A DNA stretch of 63,768 bases, counting the filler, from Octopus bimaculoides (taxonomy: Eukaryota): NCBI RefSeq assembly GCF_001194135.2. It is 6 parts of 6 records of this genome, joined end to end, with 100 filler letters (N's around TTAATTAATTAA, not from the genome) between each part and the next. Parts side by side here need not be neighbours in the genome. Positions count along the whole stretch, not along the records: positions 1 to 30,277 come from NC_068982.1; positions 30,378 to 36,551 come from NC_068981.1; positions 36,652 to 55,261 come from NC_069007.1; 3 more parts are not named here. One strand, 5' to 3'. Made by a program: the position numbers and the translations under genes. Shown here piece by piece: positions 26,758-38,417 of the stretch; position 1 is the stretch's first letter; each line of letters starts with the position of its first letter. The notes beneath the pieces were generated by a model. The model saw nothing but the letters and a program-made list of their open reading frames with translations. It did not search any database and was not told the origin of the DNA.

Positions 26758-28903
26758 AAGGACCAGCCAACAAATGATAGGTCATGATTAATCGCACGTC
26801 AGTTCACTTTAAGATTTATGTTATCATATAAATGCAATACTGTCAGTGATTTTGGTTTAATTATTGGACGTTGGACAACGGGGTTACAAATGTCATGTCA
26901 ACGTGACACACAAAGTTATGTTTGACTCTGATATTATGAAATTGAGCTAGCGTGGTTGCTTATATACGATCGCCCAAAATGACATTATGTCATGTTGACC
27001 TTTGCACGAGTTGGGACAAGAAGACATTCATAAATTTGTAATTATTATCTACTGATGATTCTTCTAGGGATGATATGAATTTTTTCTTCAGAGCATTCAT
27101 AGGCCTGCCCACAAATGTAGTAAAGTTGCTCACCATTTATACATATCCAGATTTGCATAGCTGGATGAACAGCTTACGTTTAGAGGAGTTTACTCTCTGA
27201 TGCAGTGCAATGTCATAATTGGGGGTACTATGTTATTGGTTAAGTGTTGTCTTTCGAGATTTACGTTGATGTTTATTCTGCAATGGTAACCGATAATATG
27301 GCATTTTAGTATATTATATACGTATTATACCGACAAAATTTCCATAAGTTTCTGCACACATGCAGGATGTTATTACCGTAATATTCTGCATACCATGTGC
27401 ATAACATGTGCTCAGCAAAGAGAATTAGTTCTTGTATTTGCCAGAGCAACTTATTTTTATAGATAATATGCGTCTTTTAGCATTTTCTCATGTTTAGTAG
27501 TAGATGTGTGTATATCATTGCTATACACAACTTGATTTGTAAGTGCTTCTTTAAAACTGTTGACACTTTTCACTTAAAATCAATACGTATTTGGTCTGTT
27601 AGGACTGTTTCGAATTTTTAGAAGCCTAAATATATTTTCCTGGAGAATTGAAAACAAATTAATTGGTATTAATATCTGGAATTGGAAAATTTGAGACTAC
27701 AGACCCCGACAACATTGACATATATTAATATGAAACATATGTTATCATACATGAGTGGTAAACATCCTTGTTACTGTAGAGAAATTAATTACCACGTGAA
27801 AAAAATATTGTAGCTCTTTTCAAATGCGGTAGGGATCGCTGATTAATGATTTTCTGTAATTTAACTGCAGTTATTTGTTTGATTGCGTATACAAGTACAA
27901 AAAGCATAAGAAGTTTTCATACGGAATTTTATTCGATTTAATGGAATGTTACTGGAAAAGATGCGCAAACAATACACTGCTAAAACCCTTGTAATATATA
28001 AATGATACATAGCAGGATGAAAATCATTGCAGCGGTTCAATATGAGTTAAGTCCACAGGTTGAAACGAGATAAATCTAAACAAATAATGAATGAAAATTA
28101 TAAATATTTGAACTGATAAAACTTTGCCAGTTTAACACATAGGAAATAATCGTATTCAAAAATATTAAATTTGTGCTATTTTGAACTATTTTGTAGTGCA
28201 TTTAGAATTACTTTGTGCAATGTATTCTTCATTCTGAATTGCGATAGAAATTGATTCGAGCGGAGATTTTGTTGCCATTTTTAGTAGACTTAGTAACCAC
28301 TCAGAGCTCAATGACATAGGTGTTCATTGCTGTTTTATTTGTTTAATTATTTTACTCTTACAAAGGTGTTCAACTTATGCGTAAAAACATTTGTGAAGCA
28401 GAAAATGATTTAGTCAATGCTCAAGTTTTTAGGTAATATTATCATTGATGTACATTTACTAAACATTATATATGTATGCAAAAAAAATGCTTAAAACAAA
28501 GACAGTGTAATTAAACCTCATACCAAATAAATCACTGGTTCTATAATGATATGGCATTGTCTGATATAAAATATCTATATCTTTGAGGAAATTTTAAATA
28601 AATGGATAAGTGTTCTTTCTCTATATATGCATTGCGCATTTGATTTTCCTAATTCATTGTTATGTTAGCCGTCATCGAACTGCATTTATAGTTCGGATTG
28701 CATTGAAGAGATTTTGTCGATCGTATCGACCAAATAATTGTACATTTACGAGCTTGCTTACAACACGTTTCTTTGAAATATGAAAACAGCGGAAAGCGAC
28801 TAACACAAAACTTTATTTCCATTGGGTTTGCGATAAACTACATTTTTGAAGATTTCATTTTTTTATATTTATATTAAATTTTACGAAGATCTTTTTAAAT
28901 ATA

Positions 28904-28981
<78 letters not shown>

Positions 28982-30244
28982 CATAAAGCTAGAGATTTAT
29001 TGAGATATTTAAACATATTATTCATACATCATATTTCACTCAGACGGTATAAGTTACTCGAAGCGATACTGTAGAAGGCAGAGATCTCAGAAGAGTCTCA
29101 CTAAAAGAGAACGAACCCGAATATACATGACTATCCACCAAAATTATTAACTGTATGACAATTAATATGAGTACGCGTATAGCCGTTGTAGATATAATTC
29201 TACCTCATCACGTCGTAGCCATATTCATCACCTAACAATCACAACCAGCCAAATATAAAGAAGGGCATGACTGGCTGATTTTCAGTTTCGCTCCAAAATA
29301 TGCGCTCTTCAGGTTGTTTGTATTCTCAGGAAATGCTATTTATTCCACTAATGGCAATAGGAAACGTTAGAGGTTGTTTTATAGTCGCACTAATTAAACG
29401 TTCAGTTCTTCCATCTATTAAACTATTTGTTTAATTCCAGCATAATATAAATTACAGATTAAGTAATGAAAACATCGGTACATCTACATTTCTTGGTTGG
29501 TTCGTGCGCCTCTATACCAAGCCGCCAAATTAGATGTGAATACTTGGATCCTAGACGAGGTATCAATGTTCGTTCCTGCACTTATCAACAGTGCCTTTCG
29601 TTTGTTGTGGTAACAATAATCTCTATATTATCTATATACCCTTAAGATCTTGCAATTAAAATGTTCTTAACCTTATGAATCAATGCTTTATGTCAATAGA
29701 AGTTCCATTCCTCAATTTAAATATTCCCGTCTGTGCAATTATTCTCATCTCATTAATGCTTCTTCATTCCACCCGACTAAACATCTCATGCTAAAATGAT
29801 AGAAGATTTTGTACACACAGGTCAACCATACGCATACTACCAGAGACGTAGGGGCTCCAGGCAATGAGAGATGAATCGTAACATGATCATAAGATAACGT
29901 TTTAGCTGGTGAAAATGATTATGACTGAAAATTTGCAATTCTTGAAACTTCTTCATTCCGTTGCACTGTTACAAACAATACGTTAGCTAAGGATAACGAA
30001 ATTTGCACCAAATAAGGCATCACATCTACGATTGGTACAGAAAATATGATCATTTCAGCTGCCTAAGAACACAATTGATCAGTATACACAGTCTATACAC
30101 ACACATATATATTATGTATGTATGTTTATGTATGTATTCATGTATGTATGTGTATGTATACATGTATGAACACATGCATACATGTATGTGGGTATGTGCT
30201 TGTGTATGTATATATAAGATAAGACAGATTTGTAGTCAATCACG

Positions 30245-30277
<33 letters not shown>

Positions 30278-30382
30278 NNNNNNNNNNNNNNNNNNNNNNN
30301 NNNNNNNNNNNNNNNNNNNNNTTAATTAATTAANNNNNNNNNNNNNNNNNNNNNNNNNNNNNNNNNNNNNNNNNNNNATATA

Positions 30383-30590
30383 CAAGAGTTACGGAGTAGA
30401 TAATATCAGGGCTACATATGTTTCATAACGAGCGGAACCTCAGAAGTAATAAATATTCAAGCGAGGTGTATGCCGCAGACTATTCTACAGCCTGAAGAGC
30501 AGCCTACGGTAAACACCTCGCTTGGATATTCACCACTTCGCTATGAAACATATGTAGCCCAGATCTTATCTTCTCCATTTCATAACTTTT
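30383..30590. repeat. ~200-bp imperfect inverted repeat with a hammerhead core on the plus strand
   Basis: GGGCTACATATGTTTCATA (30409-) pairs perfectly with TATGAAACATATGTAGCCC (-30560); inner arms AATATTCAAGCGAGGTGT / ACACCTCGCTTGGATATT. CTGAAGA at 30492-30498 lies in the loop and GAAAC-ATAT-GTA at 30545-30556. Confidence 0.8.
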
Positions 30591-31177
30591 GCATTCTTTT
30601 TCGCACACCCAGCAACCTTGGTCCCTTACCGTGTAACTAAAAAAAACTTTTTTCAACTTATCGCACTTCCATACNNNNNNNNNNNNNNNNNNNNNNNNNN
30701 NNNNNNNNNNNNNNNNAAAAAAAAAATCCACATACGTCCGTCTCAATAAACTACTATAATCCCTACTTTATATTTACCTCGGATTGCTTGATGCTAAGTT
30801 TTTTTCCAACACCTTGGTCCCTGCATCTTACATTTATATATATATATATATATAGTGTAGTATATTGCCACTTAAGTGTGGCTGACCCCTAGGGGTGGAT
30901 GTTACTGTTGCTTTTAGCCCCAGGAGGACATATATATATATATATATCTGTATATAAATAGGCTTTATTTTTTACTTGTTTCAATCATTAGACTGCGGCC
31001 ATTCTGGGGCACCACCATGAAGAGTGTTTAGTGGAAAGATTCAACATCAGTACTTAATATTTTTAAGCCTGGCATTTAATCTATCGAACTCTTTTGTCGA
31101 ACCGCTACTTTACGGTGACATGAACACACCAGCACCGGTTGTCAAGCGGTCGTGGAGGACAAACACAGACACAAAGG

Positions 31178-31220
<43 letters not shown>

Positions 31221-31439
31221 GCGTGTGTGTGCTTGTGTATGTGTTTGTATGCGTATATTTATGTATATGTATTTACAACATATAGATATATGCATACAAT
31301 ACATTCATGTATAAATGTATATGTAAATATATATATATACATACATACATGCATANNNNNNNNNNCGGAAGAGGAGGTGGTGGAGGAAAAGTTCTTTCTA
31401 AGACAGGAGAGTGAAAAAGGGTGGTGAATATCTGTGCGT

Positions 31440-31489
31440 GCGCGAGAGTATGCAAGGGTGTGTGTAATAACAGAACGGGTGTGTGCGTA

Positions 31490-31525
<36 letters not shown>

Positions 31526-32135
31526 TGTGCGTGGTTTGGTGTTTTATCTGTTAGTGTGTATGTGTGTGTTTGTGTGTGTGTGTATGTGACGAAGTGGAAG
31601 GAATTAGTAGCAGGAATAGTTAGTGGGTGCTTATGGACAATGGTCAGTGGAGGGTCAGCAGGCAGTTTTTGAGTATGTGTGTGTTTGTGTGGGGTTGTAA
31701 GTGTTTGGTACGGGTGCATGTGTGTGTGTATTTTGTACGTGCGCGCGTGTGTATGTGTATGTTTTTGTGCGTGCGTGTGTGTTTGTGTGTATGTGTATGT
31801 TGTGTATATGTGCGTTGCTGTGTACATGTGTGTGCGTGCGTTTGCTTCTGTAAGTGCGTGTGTTATTTATGTCCATGTGTGTGTGATTGTATGCGTGTCT
31901 GTGTGAGTGTTTTGTGTTGGTGAGAGGTGTGTGTGCGTGTGTGTGTGGATGTGTGTGGATGTGCGTGTGTGTGTGGGATTGTGATGTCTGCGGGATTGTG
32001 AGTGTTAGGTACGGGTGCGTGTGTGTGTATGCGCGCGTGTGTTTATGTGTGTCTGTATGTGTGTGTCCGTGTGCGTGTGTGTGCGCGTGTGTGTATATTT
32101 TTTGTGCGTGCGTGTATGTGTATATTGTGTATGCT
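31440..32135. repeat. Cryptic (TG)-rich simple-sequence tract
   Basis: Read directly; explains the CV/HT ORFs. Confidence 0.95.
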
Positions 32136-34407
32136 TNNNNNNNNNNNNNNNNNNNNNNNNNNNNNNNNNNNNNNNNNNNNNNNNNNNNNNNNNNNNNNNN
32201 NNNNNNNNNNNNNNNNNNNNNNNNNNNNNNNNNNNNNNNNNNNNNNNNNNNNNNNNNNNNNNNNNNNNNNNNNNNNNNNNNNNNNNNNNNNNNNNNNNNN
32301 NNNNNNNNNNNNNNNNNNNNNNNNNNNNNNNNNNNNNNATATATATATCGATAGAAAAATATTAGGTACAGTGAAATGTTTTAAATTTATAGAGGAGTAA
32401 ATGTAACAAAACAATCAAGCTTTTTTGAAGGTCTTAATAGCTTAAGCAACCGGAAGTTGAGAGCAGGTCACGGACTGATTAGCATATTTCGACGGGATTC
32501 ACCTCGTACATTTGAAAGAAAAAAAGTGAGTGGTTGTTTTTATAGCGTTGATGGGATTCTTGCTGAGACATTTGTTTTGAAGCAAATCATTGCTTACATT
32601 ACATCACAGCTAGTCTAATCCTATATGAGATAACCCACAGTTATTTCATACTATCCTCGTGTGGCGTGACATATTATTTTTGCGTTTTTTTTTTTTGTCT
32701 TGTTTTGTACAAAAAAGTGTAAAAAACAATATAAAAAACACACAGATTTAGGATCTGAAGTGTTTTGCATCAACAGGATATTGTAAAACAAGGCAAGTTG
32801 GAAATAAAGCAGAACGTTCGCAATTTAATGGTTAATACGACATCGAATGCTGTGAGTTGTCTGGAGAGATGTGCAATAGAAGTACAGAGAGTAGAGATAC
32901 AGTAGGGCATGGTGAGGGCAAAAGGTGAATGTTATGCTGGCTGAACAAACAAGATGGGGTTCGGTGACGAAGCGCAATGAACAAAGATAAAGAAAAACAC
33001 ACATTTGAGAGGTTATTCTTGCACATATGTAAAACAATAATAGACGTGACACACAATGAGGGCATTAATTGATAAAATATGGATATGTTTTGTACTATAT
33101 TTTCTTCTTCTCAGTTCAATTTCACTTAAAGCTTATTGGCGTTTTATTTTCTCTAATTCAACAGCAGCCAATCATGGAGTTTTGGGTATTATCGTGCTTG
33201 TTATTATGTTTCAATTTCATATCAGCATAAGTTCACGTCACTTGTGAAAAGTGTCATGTAAGATTCTCCATTTTTCTTCATCTACATTCGTGTTCTTTAA
33301 TGACTAAAAAAATTGACTGTAGCTGATAATTTGGAATTGGATGGTCTCCCTGATTGTCTGCCCTGTTCTTTTGACACCGAATAAAAGCGAAAGATAATGG
33401 TGTTTTTTCCATGTCGATCCTCTTTGTTCAAACAGTCAAAGGTGTTGAGCCTTTATTTTAAAAACCATCTTGTTTTGTACCTTTTACATCATTTTAAACG
33501 TATAATGTATCCATGACTACATTTTCCAAGCTGTCCGTTTTAAGACGACACAGTACAATTTGAGGGACATTTGCTGCTATTTCTGGCTGCCTAAACAATC
33601 ATGTTACTGTTCATCTGGATAACTCGTAAATGCGAGAGTGTTTAGTGGGACTTCGATGATTCAGTGACATTTCAACAATCTTTTCAGTTATAATTTTTGG
33701 TATGTTAAAACAGATGTGATGCAAAAGTAATTTTGGTATTTGATAGCGTGGACGACAATTTTTCAAATACTAATTATCGGTATATTATTTTAAAAATTAA
33801 ATCATTATTCTCCTGATATCATTTGTTTATATAGTGAAATACAAATGGGTCAACCACGTCGCATGATGGTGGTCGTTTCATGTTGTTTTCACGGACGTTG
33901 TTTCAGAAACAGCTTGAGAAGACCATATGTACGTGACTCACACGCTTCTTTGAAAAGTATACATTTACACACATTGAATATTAAATAGACGGGAAAAAAG
34001 CTTGCTTCTCAAAAAGAAACAGCTAGCATTTAAAACTTGTGTGAATATTATTAAACTCTATTTATAACTGTTTTTATACTCGGTAGATGGCAGAATTGGT
34101 AGAGAATCGAACAAAATAAATGTAATAATTTAATTACATGTTTTATTTTCTGAGTTGAAATATTACAGCGCCAATGATTTTTAATCTGTGTTGGATTGGT
34201 GAAGCTGAGGGTCGATGGAAAGTATTGCTCCCTACCCAATTAAAAAAAAAAGTTGTTTAGTAATTTTAGTTGTGTCACTTTTACCTTTTTAGTTCAAATC
34301 ATATTAAAATATATTTCACTTATCATGCTCCCTGGATTGTGGGAGACTGCATCTCCAGCAATCTCCAACTGACTATCACACTGTGCCCATGCTGGGGCTC
34401 CACCTTG

Positions 34408-35797
34408 ATAGGTTTTAGTAAAGTCATGGGATTTCAAAACTATTTTTTGATGTAATTTGCAACACGTATTGAATAAGATAGTTTAAATAATTTCAGTTTA
34501 GTGCAGTTTAATATGGCTTCCATTTGTTGCCCTTCACACATCTAATCGATACTCCAGCCGGATCAGATGGGCGTGAAGCCAGTCATGTGGCGGTGACGTG
34601 AACGACGCCACTCCAAGCCGATATATCAGTCAAGATGTGGACGGTGCAAAGAAAAGTTCAATGTGTTCTTTGCCTTGCAAAATTTGAATCTGTGGCGCGT
34701 GTTTGTCGTGAATATCGTCGCTTGTTTAATGAAGAACCTCACATGAAAACAACATCTGCCTTTGGGATCGCCAGCGTAAGGAAACTAGCAGCTTGTTGGA
34801 TGTAAAACGTCCCAGAAGGCCATCTGTTAGTGACGAGTCTGCTGAGTCTATAAAGGACGCCTACCTACGGAGCGCAAAGAAATAGGTGCGTATCTGCGCT
34901 AAAAAAAAAAAAAAAAAAACTAGGTCTCTAAAAGATCACAGTTCACAAAGTCCTGAAGAAATGCCTTCGATTTACGGCTTACAAACTGCAGTTCTTACAA
35001 GTATTCGCTCAACCGATAGACCCAAGAGATTTGAGTTTGCTACAGGGAGACTTGATGCAATGGAAAATGACGAACGATTTCTACAAAACATCGTGTTTAG
35101 TGATGAGGCTACATTTCATGTGTATGGACGTGTTCATCGTCATAACGTCAGGATATGGGCTGAGGAACCGCCACATGCCTACATTGAGCACCAGCGTGAC
35201 AGCTCCACACATGATAGAGTAATAGGCAGCTTTTCCTTACGGAGACCACTGTGACGTCAAACAACTATCTTAGTATGTAGGACCTGTAAGTAGAGTCACA
35301 AATACAGGATGTAGGTACAGCTATCATCTTTTAACACGATGGGGCATCTCCACGCTACGGCAGAATTGCTCGTGACTTTCTGGATAGGACCTTTCAACGG
35401 CGGTGGATAGGAAGAGGTGGAAGGAAGGTATGGTCTCCACGATCGCCGGACCGCACGCTTTTAGATTTTTTAACTCTGGAGTTGTACCAAGGAACGAGTG
35501 TACAGTGTTCCTGTTACCGGCACAGGGCACTTGAGGGAGAGAATCAGTGACGCTATTCAATCTGTTACACCTGATGTTCTTCGTCGTATGTGGCAAGAAC
35601 TTGAGTATCGATTAGATGCGTGTAGGGCAACAAATGAAAGCATTATCAAACTGTGCTAAACTGTACTTAAGCTAAACTGTACTTAAGTTAAACGGTATGT
35701 CATTTGGTTTCTTATTCAGCAGGCTTATGAAATGCGCAGCCTTGCAAGTTATCTCAATAGTTTTGAAATCCCACCATGACTTTACGGACCACCGTGT
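34408..35797 (+). mobile_element. DD41D (rosa-type) IS630-Tc1-mariner element, near full length, inactivated
   Basis: N-terminus MWTVQRKVQCVLCLAKFESVARVCREYRRLFNEEP, FSDEATFHVYGRVHRHNVRIWAEEPPH, and HDGASP...WIGRGG...WSPRSPDRTLLDF with 41 residues between the second and third Asp. Long inverted termini. Stops and frameshifts present. Confidence 0.9.
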
Positions 35798-36551
35798 TAT
35801 TATTGCATATGTTGTATTACGTAAGCTCATATTTTGATAAGATTTTTACTGTCTGTGTGTTTAGGCACCGTTCTTTCTATTTAACTTCATTTTTATTATA
35901 CCCTTTCTAATTTGCTACTACCCTCCCCTTATCTCCAAGCTAAATAGCGTCACATCACGTATACACATATACATACATATATGTTTCCTCTCCTTCGCAA
36001 TCATGGTGGTTTATGTTTCAATCCGCTGCATGATATCATAGACAAGTGTCATATTGTATAGTCACGAGTCGACGCAACCTCCTAGACGAAAACTGTAGGA
36101 GCCCCTCGAATGATGTTACCTGTAATTCTATCTTTTATTGAAGATATGGATACTTCTAGATTAACTAATTTTGAAACTCCTATATCCAAATGAAAATTAT
36201 GTCTTTTCTGAATACTAGCAGACAACCACTGAATTCATTAAACCCAGCATTTTAGTTTCTGTTTTTCGTTTTCCGTTTTTCGTTTTCCATTGTTTACTGC
36301 CTGCGTTTTCTATAGGCTGCCGTCTCAGTTTTTTCGCGTTTCTTCTATTATTCAATTTCTTTAGCTCGTTATGATATGTGGTCTGCGCCTGGAGAATATG
36401 TTTGAGTTCTCTCAGCATATGAATCTATTGGCAGCTCTTTAATACATATATTGTGACCTTTAAATAAATAATATTTATCTCTCACCAGATGGAGTACTTT
36501 TTAGTACATATATATAAATATATATACTGTCTAACTCTCTCTCTCTCTCTC

Positions 36552-36651
36552 NNNNNNNNNNNNNNNNNNNNNNNNNNNNNNNNNNNNNNNNNNNNTTAAT
36601 TAATTAANNNNNNNNNNNNNNNNNNNNNNNNNNNNNNNNNNNNNNNNNNNN
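36552..36651. other. Artificial scaffold join: 44 N + TTAATTAATTAA + 44 N (same linker at 30322, 55306, 60215, 61982)
   Basis: Identical 12-mer with stop codons in all six frames, centred in a 100-base N block, five times. Confidence 0.95.
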
Positions 36652-36739
36652 ACCAACACCTCTGAAAATATAATGATTATTGATGTGTGACAAACAAAGT
36701 AAAATGGATCCCCACAACACCTCCTGATCTACAGCCTGT

Positions 36740-36965
36740 ATCTTCTCTTGTTCCTTGACGGCTTGTTCTGGCACCTGTTCCTATCCTTGCTAACACCTTC
36801 AGGGTTTGCTCTGGTACCTGCCCCTAGAGGGGTTTCCTCTGACACCTACCCCTCTCGTCTCTTGCTCCCTCAGGGTTTTCTGTGGTACCTGCCCCTATTC
36901 TCTCCTGCACCTTGAGGGGTTTTCTCTGACACCTACCCCTCTCGTCTCTTTGCTCTGGTACCCCA
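36740..36965. repeat. Degenerate GC-richer tandem repeat
   Basis: CTGG(T/C)ACC recurs four times; GAGGGGTTT.CTCTGACACCTACCCCTCTCGTCTCTT recurs twice. Confidence 0.75.
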
Positions 36966-37110
36966 TCATTAATACCTTAAAGCTTCTTCCATCCATCCTT
37001 ATATAATGCTAGGTACTCGTGTATCTTTTCTATAGCAAGACACTTGTGCTTGTCTTTCTATCATACTTTAACCCAGTAGTTCTCAAACTGGGGTCCACAA
37101 TCCCCTAGAG

Positions 37111-37360
37111 CAGGGGTTTTCAAACTTTTTGACTTGCGGACCCCTTTATATTTCAGGCTTTACCTTAGGGACCCCCTTATAAACACTTATGAAATTTATA
37201 CATATATATTTGTTTAAAATAACATATATTTTTACATTTATTTATTTAACAGTATTTAACAAATAGGTTTATTGTCAATTAAAAGATTTCGATTAAAAAA
37301 CATATATAAAATCAAATTGCCCATAAAAAGTATTTGTGGACCACAGTTTGAAAACCTCTG
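37111..37360. mobile_element. hAT (Charlie/Buster-type) MITE with 8-bp TSD, nested in another hAT-like MITE
   Basis: TIRs CAGGGGTTTTCAAACT / AGTTTGAAAACCTCTG; exact TSD CCCTAGAG at 37103-37110 and 37361-37368. The host element starts CAGTAGTTCTCAAACTGGGG at ~37074. Confidence 0.9.
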
Positions 37361-37722
37361 CCCTAGAGGACTGTGAAGTGATTTTAAGGAGACCATGAAG
37401 AGATGCTAAAGTATTGGGAATACGGGGTAGCTTGAAACAGTTAAGCTTTAAAATTTCAAGACTTTCAATTTTTCGCATGCTATCCTCCCTTTTTGTCAAT
37501 GGCCCCCAAAGCCCACTTCACTCCTACACACTCATTTGCTAATCAGACTTGTTGCACAAAAAGTAAGATTGGCCGATAGAAAATATGTGGGTATAACGAT
37601 TGATCATGCATGTACTGTCAAGTATTTTTCGTTTCTCATTTGTTTTGTAACCAACTGATCCCCCATATATGGAAAATACATAAAGACAGGATGGTCACAA
37701 GTGGAACAGGGAACACCTTTAA

Positions 37723-37943
37723 CCCTTTCGTTACCATATATCTGTTGAGATGCTCTGTGTTTCTTTCAATTACTTTAAATATAACAAAGAATTTAGTAAA
37801 ATAATTTAGTTATTACTCAGCTAGTGTTAGGAACATAAATTGTGACTAAGGTTTGGTGGAAGATTTTAATTCAAAGTTTATGAAAACAAGACATTTGTAC
37901 TACAGAGCCAGAGCCGGTTTCAGCCGGGTTGGTAACGAAAGGG
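37723..37943. mobile_element. piggyBac-type MITE (221 bp)
   Basis: TTAA|CCCTTTCGTTACC ... GGTAACGAAAGGG|TTAA: perfect 13-bp TIR and TTAA TSD. Partial relatives at ~43205-43277 and ~39420-39560. Confidence 0.92.
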
Positions 37944-38318
37944 TTAATCATACATTTCCTGGATCTCAACAAAACAACCTTTTAATCAGAGATAACCTGT
38001 ATCAAAACTAGGGGCTAAACAACAACATATTGCAAGTTACTTGGTGACCCTGTCAGAGATGGTGCCTTGTAAAAAAACACCCAATCCATACCAAAACTGA
38101 CCTCGCCTGTGCTGGTGCCACATAAAAAACACTCAGTCAACTCTGCGGGGTGGTTGGTGTTAGGAAGGGCCATTCAGCTGTAAAAACCCTGCCAAAACAG
38201 ACACAGAAGTTTGGTGTAGTCTTTTGTCTGACCAGCTCTGGTCAAACCATCCAACCCATGCCAACAGATGCTAAATGATGATGATGATGGTGGTGATGAT
38301 GATATTCCAAGTCCTTAC

Positions 38319-38417
38319 CTCTTGTTTCCGGACTGTGGCTGCAACACCTTTCTCTGTAATCACCTTCTCCAAATTCTCTGTTAATAACTGTTCCTTTAGA
38401 AAGTCATCAGCCAAACC
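38319..38417 (-). CDS. ESD: ESD coding exon 8
   Basis: [33 protein letters not shown]; GTTTTAG| and GAG|GTAAGG. Contains the catalytic Asp region. Confidence 0.92.

Noticed and set aside
30322-30333. Palindromic TTAATTAATTAA motif recurring five times
   Set aside because: Always centred in a 100-base N block; an artificial six-frame-stop scaffolding linker.
36215-36418. Basic 67-aa ORF
   Set aside because: No recognisable motif; partly derived from a (GTTTTC)-type repeat.
37600-37705. Minus-strand CDHPVFMYFPYMGDQL...KYL as the missing ESD last exon
   Set aside because: Lacks GYDHSY, HH and a phase-0 acceptor; the resemblance is superficial.
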